A stretch of 64,000 bases of DNA, from positions 66,464,001 to 66,528,000 of the forward strand of contig OX597818.1 of NCBI GenBank assembly GCA_951406725.2, in the 5' to 3' direction. Numbering within the stretch: position 1 is the stretch's first letter; each line of letters begins with the position of its first letter. The DNA is from Octopus vulgaris. Its lineage: Eukaryota. The notes under the pieces are model-generated. The model made no database searches, was not told where the DNA came from, and saw only the letters and a list, made by a program, of their open reading frames with translations. The position numbers and the translations under genes were made by a program. Positions 27,181-40,686 of this stretch are shown piece by piece.

Positions 27181-28451
27181 TGGTAAAAAGAAAAGAGAGA
27201 AAAATTACTTTTAACAAACGATATTACACAACTCCACATATGAAAATCTAGTTAAAAATTAACTTATTACATTTATGTGAAATTGGCAAGTTTTCTTGAA
27301 AGGAAATAATTAGCATAATCGAAATTGCCATAGGGTACATAGATCTAAAAAAAAAGCAGAGAAACATACTATAAGAATGACTGAGAAATTTCTGATGATT
27401 ATAATAGAAATATTAGAAGCGAAATTGAAATAACGTTTCCTCAACCCCAATCCACACTACTAATTAACACACTAAGTCGTTAAAAGAATAATTTTCAAAA
27501 TAAGGAATGTCAGGAAATTGGGATATATGCATTAATTGTAATTCAGCTTTCATAAAATGTCTTATTTTTCCTACAGAACAATGTAACGAATTCTAATTCC
27601 AAAACAAAATCAAAATGAAATTAAATAAAATGAAATAAAATAAGTTTAAAATAAGTTTGTATATTTGTAATAAAGATATTTTGTTTCTTTTTTTTTTTCA
27701 TAAAACTATTAGAAATCATCTCTATCTCTGCCAAAATTTCATTACAACGTGTATTTTCTTTTCTTATGTAATAAAGTTCGATTGGTGATATTAAGAAACC
27801 AAATATCCAACATTTCCATTCTTGTATTACTTGATGTACTGTAATTTAGAGAACAATTACGCAAGTTATATCTTCCTTCTTGCTTGTACATTCCTAAAAC
27901 TCTCTCAAACTAATTAACGTAAGAAAATATTATTTGTCACTATTATCAATCGGTAGTTTCGGATCGATATTGAATCAAATCCTGCCAAATATAAATGTGC
28001 CAAACAATGCTGTTATCCTTATTAAACTACCAGTTCAATTTGTGAAACCATGAACAATTATGTACTAATATTCTTACTTTTAAATCTGTTTCAAAATAGT
28101 TTGATATCTCTGAATTTAGTCATTGCTTACAACTACATTTTACCATGTCTTTAAAAAAATGAGAAATTTCTTTAGATGAAGTGTCCAAATAACAGGGTAA
28201 CATTTAAAAGTTGGTGCGTATCGGAAATAATTTAAATAGCTTCAAACTACTGTTAATAAATCTGTCATTATACCTCAGCTGCATACAGATTCATATTTTA
28301 ACTAATCATCATCGCACGGTTGTATTAATTGTGGATTTATTTCTGATAGCAAAAAAAACTACCCAGAAGGAACTGGCAAGCCTTGATGCGGTTATGGCAA
28401 GGGAATTCACGTACATATGAGCGCTATTGTGTGTGTATGTATGTATGTATG

Positions 28452-28525
<74 letters not shown>

Positions 28526-29292
28526 CATATATGTGTATGTGTGTGTGAATGCTCAACACTGCATTGGCGCATATAATTTCCTTATTTGCAAATTAAGTCT
28601 ATTGGAGCCATGTTAAGAAAGATAGGAAAATATTAAAACCGATTTCATGCAAAAACATTTCGTCTCCATATTGGGAAAAAAAGCCTCCTGGAGGCTGTGT
28701 TTTTCAAAATGGAGGGGAAGGTCACTCTCAATGTGATCGGTTTGAAATAAAAACATGGTTAAGATACCAAGTTAGTTTCCTAATTTTCTTAATATTAAAC
28801 CAGCGGTAGCCTTAATTCACAAGTAAAGAAATTATACCTGACAATGTGGTATTGAGCACTCGCATTCATCGTTCGACGAAATAATATATATTTTATGTAA
28901 AGATCACAAAATATGCATTAAAGCGCTATAAAAAGTTTCATCTGTTGTGAACATTCAAAGATATCCTTCACACGCAAAAAGTATATCGTATCCGTAACTG
29001 TATGAAACTTGGTAGAAACTTTCCAGTCAGTCAACTTCACGAAGCAATCACGCCAATCATATGGCAGTTATAGATTCGCAGTGAAAAACTAACGTTAATA
29101 GGTACATAATGTACTCGACGGTGATACAGAATTCAACAAAAGACAGTTCCCATCTGGTTAGGGATATTTTTGTTGAAATTTTATATAACGAATTAGAACG
29201 TTATACACGCACACACATATATATATATATATACACTTATATAGGAGCTTTTGTGTGTATGCGTATACGTATGCCTGTGTATATATATGTGC

Positions 29293-29331
<39 letters not shown>

Positions 29332-29332
<1 letters not shown>

Positions 29333-29495
29333 GGCGCAGGTGTGGCTGTGTGGTAAGTAGCTTACTAACCAACCACATGGTTCCGGGTTCAGTCCCACTG
29401 CGTGGCATCTTGGGCAAGTGTCTTCTGCTATAGCCCCAGGCCGACCAATGCCTTGTGAGTGGATTTGGTAGACGGAAACCGAAAGAAGCCTGTCG

Positions 29496-29545
<50 letters not shown>

Positions 29546-29760
29546 TGTGTATGTGTTTGTCCCCCTAGCATTGCTTGACAATCGATGCTGGTGTGTTTAC
29601 GTCCCCGTCACTTAGCGATTCGGCAAAAAGAGACCGATAGAATAAGTACTGGGCTTACAAAGAATAAGTCCCGGGGTCGATTTGCGCGACTAAAAGGCGG
29701 TGCTCCAGCATGGCCGCAGTCAATTGACTGAAACAAGTAAAACAGTAAAGGAGTAAAGAG
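29332..29760 (+). mobile_element. SINE family A, full copy
   Basis: Reverse complement of 5981-6395. Confidence 0.9.
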
Positions 29761-30323
29761 TATATATATATATAAACAATAGATATTGGGAGCTACTACC
29801 TTTGTAATTTCATATGAGTTACCTCCTTTATGCAAGAATGTAGATAGTAATATACCATTGCATTGATACACCGTTATTTACAGTACTTGTGATAGCATAA
29901 CCGCAAGTTTCCTTATAGCTGTTTCACATTTTAAATTCTTTTCATCAAAATCTTTCCAATTTAAACAAAGTCCTTCTTCGTTCAGTTTCCTGTTTCTCCT
30001 TGAACGAGACCATTTATTGCTGCTTAATAAATAATACGTGTAACCGTCTTGTACAGAAGGGAGACATGTAACTGCTCCAAAACCTGAATATGATTACGCT
30101 GATTATTTGATAACGATTATTGATATTTTCCAGATAATGAACATTTTCTTCTCAATATCAGAAAATTGTTAAAACTACAAGTAACATATCTATATATATA
30201 TATATATGACATCATTACATTTCTAATACTTTGAATGCATTCACTAACATTTCGTGGTGTGATTGCATCATATTCAAATCCTTGCTCTTTCATATAAGAA
30301 ATATTTTCGCTACATATCAAATG

Positions 30324-30890
30324 GTGGAGGCTCGTGATTTAGTGGTTAGGTTGTCAGCATCATGATCGTAAGATTGTGGTTTCGATTACTGGACCGGGCG
30401 ACGCATTGTGTTCTTGAGCAACACACTTCATTTCACGTTGCTCCAGTCCACTCAGATAGCAGAAATGAGTGACGCTGCGATGGACTGTCGCCCCGTCCAG
30501 CTGGGGAACACATACGCCATAGAAACCGGAAAATTGCGCCCATGAGCCAGGCTAGGCTTTAAAAGGGCGAAAGTGGAGGTGCAATGGCCCAGTAGTTTGG
30601 GCAGCGGACTCGGAGTCGGAGGAATGCGGTCACGATTCCCAGACCGGGTGTTGTGTGTGTTTATTGAGCGAAAACACCAACAAGATCCACGAAACCCCTG
30701 CAGGGTAGGGTGGGGGGCGACCCCGGTTGTACTCTTTCGCCACAACTTTCTCACTCTCTTCTTGTTTTTTGAGTAACGCTGCGATGGACTGGCGTCCCGT
30801 CCAACTGGGTGCTACACGTACGCCTCAGGGACAGGGTAACCGGGCCCAAGTGTGTGGCTAGGCTTGAAACGGGTGACGTTTATCGTTTTT
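30324..30890 (+). mobile_element. Dimeric SINE (H1+T2 followed by H2+T2) with a shared TSD
   Basis: TSD tacatatcaaatg at 30311-30323 and 30891-30903; tRNA-like heads at 30324 and 30573; both units end gctgcgatggactg.cg.cccgtcca.ctggg...ggctaggctt. Confidence 0.85.
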
Positions 30891-31838
30891 TACATATCAA
30901 ATGTGATTTCAATAAAATATATGATATAGTAATTGTGCGAATATCACTGTGGAATACTTTTATACGAAATTACTTCAGAACATTATTTCTTTAAATTTTC
31001 CAATTTGTTTTCTGCTTATGTCATAATTGACATTTTAATGAACAAAAGACATTTACCTGTCTCAGTGACAGTAATGCACTTCTGCATGTCCAATATATTC
31101 TGTCAGTAACCTTCAATATTTTACCTTCGATTCATCAAAATTGCTACTTGCATGCCTCTGCTATATTTTGAAAATATGCATTTCTGTCGATACTCTGATC
31201 AGCCTTCATTTCTGTTTACATTTTAAACTTTTATCTCATGTTCTTAGAGACATTACAGGAAAATCAATGTGCATTTAGTAACAATTAAAGACCGAACTTG
31301 TTCCGCTGATGTAAGTTTGGAAATCGAAACTATTGCAGAAATCGTTGATTTGTGTTTCGTATTTTCTCATTTTTTTTTACTTTTGGAATTTTAAAGAGAT
31401 TTTCTTTCATTAATTACAAGACAAAAGAATGGCAACAAAAATAAGTGCAATATATTTCTGATTCTCTTTTCAAATATGCTTCTTGCGTTCCTTTGCACGA
31501 GAACAGTATTGATGTTTTAGAAATATATCTTGCTGTTCCAAGTTATCTCAGAAAATACTTTATCAATAAAGTTATGTAGTAGAGTGTGTTGATCAGAGAA
31601 TAGCTTTTCTATATTGCGCAAACTACAAAGAATAATAGAAAGTTAATTCGATTAAATCGAACACTCCGTTCAAAAGGACGAACTATTTATGAATATTAGA
31701 AGAAAAAGTAGGCCTACAGAATTAATATATGTGAAAATTGCTTTACATGCAAAACTGCACTTTCTATGAAAACAATTAAACTTGCTTTTATACAGTTTAT
31801 CCATTTAAAATACAGATGCACCCAGGGCGTTAAGGCTG

Positions 31839-31839
<1 letters not shown>

Positions 31840-31895
<56 letters not shown>

Positions 31896-32398
31896 CATCG
31901 CAGGTGGGAGTTCACGAATAAACATTCCAGTTTATACTAAATATATGCAAAATACCACCAGAAAAAAGAACCACGGATGGAATTTGAATATCTATTATTT
32001 GACTTGAGCGTGTAGAATATTCATCATCTACACTTAGCACGTATCCAATAAGATAACTTAAATGACAAACTCTTTAACCTCATTTTCAAAAGCAATTTCT
32101 TATGGTGCATTGCATCTATGATAAGCGAGTAGTTATCAAGTTATAGCGGAAGCAAATTAGATTTGTCTAGTATATTATAGTTCTAAGCTGCTCCGATGTC
32201 AAATGAATCAATAATTTATTTCATCAGAATCTGACTTGTGAAATGGTTAGAAATTGATTCAGAAAATCAATCAGAACAGAAGCTGATTTGCCACGTAAGT
32301 AATCCATGAGTGAAAGTAATTGATAATACAATGATAATAACCTCACCCTTTAGAAAACACCCACTCGTTCAAAACCTATAGCTGGTTATATATATATA

Positions 32399-32446
<48 letters not shown>

Positions 32447-32845
32447 TATATATGTATATATATTTATATATATATAGGTGCGTATGTATATATATATATG
32501 TGTGATTGTGTGTATACATACACAAACACAAACACACATATATATAGAGACAGTGCATGACAAACTACTAACATGATAACTCATTGTTACACATGCACAC
32601 ACATCGAAGCCACATTACCAACGAAATGTACACGTCTATCTAGTATGATACTGAGACTTACCAATGTCTCAATAATGTCTCAAATGGTACGGGCAATATT
32701 TATTCTTGTCTTCAGTCATATTGTTGTTTCTTTTGCGTCTCGTCACATTGTAGTGTTAAGCTATTATTAATTTCAATGAAAGCTGTGGTCATATTAGACC
32801 TCTTATATTCATCCTGCAAATCATTTGGACTTGTGACAAGGTCAG

Positions 32846-32912
<67 letters not shown>

Positions 32913-32913
32913 T
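31840..32913. repeat. Three (TA)n tracts (31840-31895, 32388-32476, 32851-32913)
   Basis: Direct reading. Confidence 0.85.
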
Positions 32914-32920
32914 AATATTA

Positions 32921-33075
32921 TACACCTACCTCACGGCAAGAGGTGCAAATGAGAGTAGCTGTATCAAACTCCATTCTTCACCAAGTGTCACATATTAGAC
33001 GAGGTTCGTCGCAATAACAGTGTAGCACAAAACGGCGGTGCATCAGCATGGCCGCAGCTCTGAGCTGAAACTAGA

Positions 33076-33085
<10 letters not shown>
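32921..33085 (+). mobile_element. 5'-truncated 3' end of CR1-type LINE
   Basis: TPTSRQEVQMRVAVSNSILHQ matches EPTSRREVQRRTAASNALMH at 63.8 kb; same 3' UTR ending gagctgaaactag plus A-run. Confidence 0.8.
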
Positions 33086-33114
<29 letters not shown>

Positions 33115-33299
33115 GTTTCCAATGTTGTAAAACAAATTTTGATCTCAGAAGGGGAAGCTGACGCTAAAATTTGAGGGTCCATTTAATCTTCTGTACCTAT
33201 TGTTTCGATATGGAATAGGCCCGCATGTGTGACGTAATCTATATGTTAAATATTCCTATCCCCCTCGCTCCGGAGAGGCATCTATGTTGTACTCTGTAT

Positions 33300-34480
33300 T
33301 CTGGCATTACTAAGTTATGGAATTGTTTCTTCTCATCATGAGTTGTATCACAGATGTTTCCAACATACTCTCTTCTTCGTTTTGGGGCCAAAATAGGCTT
33401 CATAATATTACCTGCAACATATAGATTATAATGCAGGTTTCCTTATTACAATGACTGATGTTTATTTGAGTCTTAATCGCTCCAACAAAGAGTATTTCAT
33501 TATAATTTTGTATCTCTCCGTTATTATATTTGAATGTAACCGCCTTTTACAGGTTCATGAAAGCAGGTATTCGAATAAATAATATCAGGTCGGTGTCTTT
33601 ACTTTCAACTTCGAAAGATGTCTTTAAAAAACCTATATATCCTGTAAATGTCAATCACGAACTCTTTCTGCCAAGCAATTTTGACTGTATATTTGTCGGC
33701 AAATATTTCTCTCACACTTTTGTAACCTGTGCCATCATACATGTCTGGTATCCTGATTGAGAGGTGTCTTGCTGAAAACTTAATAAATCAGTTTCCTGCT
33801 TCCTTGATTTTACAAATTTCACTTGATATCTCTTTTTTCGTAACCAGTACGTTCCAGCAATTCTACAAAACCTCTTCGACTCCTCTTTCCTGCAATTGCC
33901 TTCAATAAATACCTCTTTCTTTACTATCCACAAGGGGCTATACATAGAGAGGACCAAAAAAGACAGACAAACGGATTATGTCGATTATATTGACCCCTGT
34001 ACATAACTACTACTTATTTAATCGACCCCGAAAGGATGAAAGGCAAAGACGACCTCGGCGGAATTTGAACTCAGAACGTAACGGCAGACGAAATACGGCT
34101 ACGCATTTCGCCCGGCGTGCTAATGTTTCTACCAGCTCGCCGCCTTCAAAAAATACCGCCTGTATTCGGGAATACGTTTATTTCTAATAGCATGCCCTTT
34201 GCAAAGAACGTTTTGTGATGGGAATCTGATAAAGATGAACTGACTACTTTGTTGCAATAGTCTATACATTTATTGTAAATATCTGAATAATCGCAAATTC
34301 AGCAGTGATATACTACGTACTTAATGTCGGTTTTCTCTCTGCGTCCATGATCTGTATATTTTTTACAAGTCTTTCTGTACGTATGGGAGTCTTGGCACTC
34401 TGTAAATACTACACTGGAAACATACCCAAATTTTTGGTTGTCAAATATCTTATAATAAAAACACTCATTAACAGATTATT
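33300..34480 (-). pseudogene. Highly decayed PLE RT/EN relic interrupted by SINE B
   Basis: SDIYNKCID (cf. DIYYKPTD) and KFVKSRKQ (cf. IKSKRQ); weak, many stops. Confidence 0.4.
33916..34147 (-). mobile_element. SINE family B, full copy
   Basis: Reverse complement of 57686-57901; flanked by aaatacc direct repeat (possible TSD). Confidence 0.9.
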
Positions 34481-35408
34481 TAGCATGATCCAACTTATTT
34501 AAAGAATTATGTATTCTAAATGTAGATAACACAAGAAAATGAGACAAGGAAATTTCTATTATGAATCTCAAATGGGAGATGAAATGTTTGTAAAATACCG
34601 TTAAATATGGCCCATTTGTCACGAATAGGCAATGTTTAAATATATTGCTCTGTCGTGTTTCAAGCGCAGCGGTGAAATTGAAAACAAGGAAAAAATTTGC
34701 AAGTTACAAACATGTTATAAATACATGTAGCAATGCGTCTTACTTTCTGACATTTTCATCACGTTAATTTGGGAAATATTTATACTAATTAAAAATTTTA
34801 AAATATTTTTCAAATATGTCTTGTTTCTAGAGATATTCAAGTATATAATTGGAAAATAATCAAAAGGTCGCCATATTGAATTAAATTAAAATAAAAGAAA
34901 TTAAAAGTAGAAACATGTAAAACGAAATAATTTATCATCGTAGAAATTTAATTTAATTGATATTACACTTTTCTGAGATCATCAAAATTTATTATGTTAT
35001 GCTATGTTTTTCTTATTATTTGTTAGCAATATGTTTAAATGCAGAATTCAATATATTCCTAATATTCCAGTTAATTGTAGAATGATTTCAACTGAGACAT
35101 TTTCTACTGTGGATTGGCTAATATAATTAATGACTGGAGATTTGTTTATTTCTTTCTGTCTGAAACAAACACTCTGTGAGCCATGTTGTATGTACAACTG
35201 TTTATAGTTTTGTGTGTATCAATAACATTTATTTTTTCTGCTTTTGCTTCTTTTATGCGATGATTAAACTTCAAAATACTTCTCCTTAGTTCCTTACACT
35301 AACAACGAAAATCTTGGGCTTACTATTGTGCATTTTAAAAATATTTTTAGGCTGAATAACTTTAATACTTAAAAATTAACAACTGGTACATTGACTATGA
35401 ATAGAATT

Positions 35409-35448
35409 GATGATGATTATGATGATGAGGATTATGATGATGATGATT

Positions 35449-35483
<35 letters not shown>

Positions 35484-35505
35484 CATCATCATCATCATCA
35501 TCATG
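35409..35505. repeat. (GAT)n(CAT)n abutting microsatellites
   Basis: Direct reading; palindrome centred on gatc at 35481-35484. Confidence 0.9.
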
Positions 35506-35515
35506 AGGATAAATT

Positions 35516-36047
35516 CCCTGATGCATTAACTGGCAGTGACTCTCATATCTTCATATCTTCACTGATTGGAAGTGTTATTTGTCTTTGTATAAAAGATGGG
35601 CTACAGCAAATATTTTGCTCAATACCACAGAGTAGCTTGCCGGTGGTTTGACCTTGACCGGTTGAGCATGTCCCTTAGTGGCTTGGCTAGCGATATGTGC
35701 ATCTCTGATCACGAGCAGGGGTAGTGGGGGAGGGCATCATAGCCATGTTTTGAGAGGGATTCTTTTGGGTTTGAATAATTCACCTCTGGAAACATGGGTG
35801 TTTCGTTCAACATCTTTAAACAACCTTTATTCAGGGCCGTTTTGAGCTGGATTGGTTACTCGACCAGAAGAAAATTCTAACTGGGCCCCACCTGCAAGGT
35901 CATGTGCTGTTTATCTTGATATGAAATCACCATGTCGCGCACATATGGTTGTGATGCATGTGCCTGGTGTACACTTATCAGACGAGTAGTCATGATGGGT
36001 ATGCTGGGATTCGTATATTTTACCCCAATATCACTTTGATGGCATGC
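35516..36047 (-). mobile_element. Unclassified ~550-bp interspersed repeat D, copy 1
   Basis: Reverse complement of 43272-43825 along its length; strand assignment arbitrary. Confidence 0.85.
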
Positions 36048-36499
36048 GGCTTCTTGGAACTTAATCATTTTATTTGCATTCCTGGCTCTTGTGGTTCCCT
36101 TTATTATAATCTTCATACTTATTACCGGAAATCCTGAAGCTGGGATGCACATTAATCAGAGTTACAAACTAATACTCTTAAACATTATTTTGAGCGTTCA
36201 ATTTGTATACGCCTCTTGTGACATATGCATTTAGACACAGATATACTCATACGCACACTATTGTTATGCATACACATAGATAGATGAATATACACATATA
36301 CGCACACACATACACACACCACAATATATTTAAAATTATGTCGAGAACTATTAAAGTAACAAATATTTAAAAAAACAACTTTTATTAGGTTCAATGATAT
36401 TAAAGCTGACTTCACTTTGAATAACAGCTTCTTAGCTGCGTACATACACGGCATTAACAGTTAAGTTCTTTTGATGATAAAACTATTTTGAATTTAAAT

Positions 36500-37620
36500 G
36501 TTCACTCTTTTACTGAAACAAATGTCATACCTCATCTTTCAAATGAAACCCCCGTTCCTGTATGGTGTCGCACCCACTACAAATGACCAGGTAAATTTAC
36601 ATTCGTGAATACTTTTCTCATTGTAGAAACATATAAACTTCAACAAACACGCAGCCTATTTTCTGTTGCTGCTCGCAAATGAAGGGTTATACCTCTACCT
36701 ACTGCTTTTGAATGCGAGATCTGTTGCCCCAACAGATGCTTTTGGTTCACCAGTGCTCTTTGATGGAACCTTGACTCTGTATACAATCCTCTTTTCTTAA
36801 CACTTACCGTGTGCAGTTCTCAACTACACTACATTTGCATGATCTTTGCTGCCTATTTGCATCGTTTTTCCATTCAGCTTTGCAGTACTATGACCTCTGA
36901 TATAGTACAAGAAATTCTTCCAGACTGAATAAATAACTTTCATACAATTTTATATTCAATATTTTTCTAATCTTATGCCCTGAGGAAAATTGTGGAAACT
37001 ATCATTGTCCAGACTCAAAACTGCGTGAAGAAAATTAATAGCGATAAAGTTTATATTTACAAGTATACAAAGTCTTATTTACTGAGCTACGTTAATAAAA
37101 TCTTTCCGAAAACTGTCTAACTTATGACTATTATAATTCCTCTATTGAAAGGGCAATCATTATTTTATTCTTAGTAATTTAGAAAATACATATATGTGTG
37201 TTTGTGTGTGTGTATCCCTTTAACACAACTTACCTAGGTACTATCATATGTCCCAAGGGCACTCAGAGTACTCATCCTTGTTTTTCTTGACCCATGACAC
37301 AATATTGAAAACCAGTAATAATTTTTTTGCATTGACTTTCTTGAGTTCATAATTACCTCAGTGTCCAATGCATTTATATCATATTTTGCAAAAATTTATA
37401 ATCTTTATCAACATTCTTTTTGAAAATGTTATGATCTTTATTAATATAGTTTTGGTTGCAGATGGATAAAATCAACAGAGTCAAATTACACGGATCCACT
37501 GTTTCATATCCTTTTCATTCCCGTAACTCATTCGAATACTTCTAAAGTGGTTCACCATAAACTTAATGATGAAATTGCTTTTATCTACAAATTATTCTTT
37601 CTAATATTTTTCTACTACCT
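36500..37620 (-). pseudogene. Old Penelope-like element relic (same type as 47797-51260)
   Basis: Peptides in order: FDSVDFYPS, IMNSRKS..WVKK..LGTYDST, FPQGHKIRKILN..MKVIYS, CKCSVVENC..GKC..IVY..VGAT..FK. Confidence 0.75.
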
Positions 37621-38267
37621 TGTAACACTTTAGAAGTGCTGGAGTGCTTTAAGGGAATAAAGTACAAGGGAAAGTGTAGACTCAGACTCTTTGTCCTTGA
37701 TGAATTTAATCCTTTTATAACCAAAACTGAGTTCTAGATCTTTCGGAAAATATCACTGATATTTACAAACCTGAAAACGACGTGATTCTGCACAATCGAG
37801 GAATAAAACAAATATCTTTTTAAAAGAAATGTAGAAATAAGGCTTTTAGTTCCATTAATACAGAAGCCAAAGAGCTAACCATTTAAAAATAGGTTATAGG
37901 TCATAAAGCCTGATCCCGGCCCTATTTTAAAATGCTGAGGGTTCATAAAATAAACCTTGAGAATAACTCTAATTGTAGATTTTTTTAAACCTTGCAATCA
38001 GATTTTAGGTGTTCTTCGCAAAAAGAAAAAAAGAAAACAGAACATATTCATAGTTACAGTTGAGAGATAAGTTTAAAAGTATAAAAAAACCAAAAGTAAA
38101 TAATTCTAAAATCTAAATATCATTGAAATAAGAATGAACAACAGGTAAAAATCTTGCTGCTGCATTTTCTCTTTGTTTTAATTGTTTTTGTTAGGTTTTG
38201 CTTCGATCCATATTTTTTCCACTTTGGCATCTTGCAACAGTGTTAATATGCAATTTTATTAACCCGG

Positions 38268-38460
38268 TGAGCTATTGGTGTCGTTGACAGTGTGCGTAAA
38301 AATGTTTAGTGTTATTTCGTCTTTTCATTCTGAGTTCATTTTCCTCCGAGATCCACATTGTTTATCATCAATTCATATGAACCAGTTGATCATTGAGGTT
38401 TACGCAATCAATTTTCCCCCTCCTTCGAAAATGCTGGCCTTGTGCCAATCTTGGGAATAA
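38268..38460 (+). mobile_element. SINE family B, diverged
   Basis: ggtgagct...aaatgtttag.gttatttcgtc...ttctgagttca...ccgag. Confidence 0.55.
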
Positions 38461-38742
38461 TACATTCTACTCTCAGCACAAGGACTAGTAAAAGTATCAA
38501 CAGTGTGAAATCACTTGTTTTTATCAAATGCAATTCTTCGTTCATTATGATATGACAGTGAAAGTTCTTGATATTCCAAAAACATGCAAAAGAAATCCTA
38601 TAAGATTGTACAACTATATATTTTCTAGTTTTTTATTTTACTTTTCAGATGCCACTTTAAAGAATTAATCTATATAATACAAAAAATGTATTGCTTCTTG
38701 AAAATTTTTAAAGTACAAACACTAAAGAGCTCAAATTATATC

Positions 38743-39044
38743 GTGGCACTCCGTCTGTTACGACGACGAGGGTTCTAGTTGCTCCGATCAATGGAACAGC
38801 CTGCTCGCGTAATTGACGTGCAAATAGCTGAGCACTCCACAGACACGTGTACCCTTAACGTAGTTGTCGGGAGATTCAGCGTGACAGAGAGTGCGACAAG
38901 GCTGGCCCTTTGAAATGCCGGAGCCACGTGGAGCTTGATGTGTTTTCGCTCAACAAACACTCACAAAACCCGGTGCGAGAATCGAAACTGCGATCCTATG
39001 ACCACAAGCCCACTGTCCTAACGACAGGGCCATTGCGCCTCCAC
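38743..39044 (-). mobile_element. SINE family C variant (head H2, tail T1)
   Basis: Head gtggaggcgcaatggccc...ttgagcgaaaacac as at 30573; tail as at 6925 and 17323. Confidence 0.8.
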
Positions 39045-40447
39045 GTCATATTGTATATACTTGGTAAAATACATCATAAAATCATACTAGCTTTATATTC
39101 CATTTTATGCGATTCTAAAGAACTATTACATGGAAGCATTTTAAAATACAATATCCGCTCGATGTTGGCAATAAAAATATTTTCCAAACACAGATACTTG
39201 GAAATGAGAAAATATAGTGACTTGATAAACATTTTTTTTTGTTTCCGATGACATTTGAAGTTGCATATTAACGACCAAGATTCGGAACGATTTAAGACAA
39301 CGGATTAGATTTTGGTCATTCGACAAAATACTTCGTTAACAACAAAACCCGTTTATAATCCACTGCTCTATCCGGTAAGAGTGTAAATCCGGATAATCTT
39401 ATACATAAGCTCAACAATAAATATTTGAAACAAGAAATTGGAAAAAGTAATTATTTTCCCAGTATTAGATCTCTTCGCATTGGTTTGCAAATTCTGTAAT
39501 ATACAGGAGATACAGAGGATATTTGTATAGAAACAATCATTCAATAATCATTTTATTATGAGCCACCACTGTAAAGCAGGGAACATATCACAGATGGACA
39601 ATGACACATCATCAAATATTAACTTATTATATTCCAATATCTGTAAATACATCAGAAGTTAGTGTTCGCAGGATAATGAATATAACATCAAGTACTATTA
39701 TAAATGGTATTAATGTTTGTAATAACAATATTATTAGCAATGTGTTGATTCTTAGTAATGCGTATCACCTAATAATGAATGTTTGAATTCAATTGCGCAT
39801 GACGTCCAATAGCACGATTTCTCCAAACTTTGGAATGAAATTTTCATTACTGACAATATAAAAACGATATGCATGTTGGCATTATCATCCATCTCCTATG
39901 AACTCCGAATGCAGAGCAGCAACGATTCCAGATTATAGTGTGTAGTGTATGGCTTAGTAGTTATAAAACATCACAAGTTCTAACAAACATTAAATTAACT
40001 TTCAATGGAGTGCGTCCCACATTATAACAGATACATTGAACGTAAAAGTAAATGGGAATATTTCAGATAAAAACACACACATGGATGTAGATGGTTTAGC
40101 GGATATTGTATGAATAGCAAACCTAGATCGAAATGAGAAATAAATGATGGAGTTAATATGGAATTATGGAATGAATAATAGTGAGACGTATTGGGCATTA
40201 TATTCTATTTGAATAAAATACGAAATGTGCATTGGTAGCATTTAGTATTTGATTGAATATGCTGCGTTAACAGTATTCTAGTGCAGAACACTAACTTCGA
40301 TTTGTAGATTAGAGGGAGGCATTTATACAAATTGCACATTGATATTCAAAAATACAAATTTGAATGAATTTGTTGAGGTCATCGTTTCCTAAACAACCAA
40401 CGAACCCATTTGGATACAGAGATAATCTTAATATATTTAATTGCTAT

Positions 40448-40636
40448 TCTATAATTAAGAGATGAAGAAGTATGTACGTTATTTACAGTATTCACATTAT
40501 TTATATTTGACGAATATTTGTCCTCATCTTGTTTGTTGTTTAACACAACGTTTCGGCTGAAATACCCTCCATCCTTCATCGGGTGTCTTGGGGAAATTTC
40601 GAGCCTGGTTTCTCATTCCTAAGGTATTTTTCGATG
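40448..40636 (-). mobile_element. HHR-bearing short element, copy 2 (HHR 40542-40587, core CCGATGA)
   Basis: Reverse-complement match to 3011-3160; abuts (TTG/TTA)n. Confidence 0.85.
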
Positions 40637-40686
40637 TTGTTTTTGTTGTTATTATTATTAATATTATTATTGTTGTTGTTGTTATT

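Noticed and set aside
27385-27420. CTGATGA-ttataata-GAAA
   Set aside because: No stable stem I or II; expected by chance in AT-rich DNA
35391-35651. ORF with poly-D and poly-H resembling a tag or metal-binding peptide
   Set aside because: Product of the (GAT)n(CAT)n repeat running into repeat D
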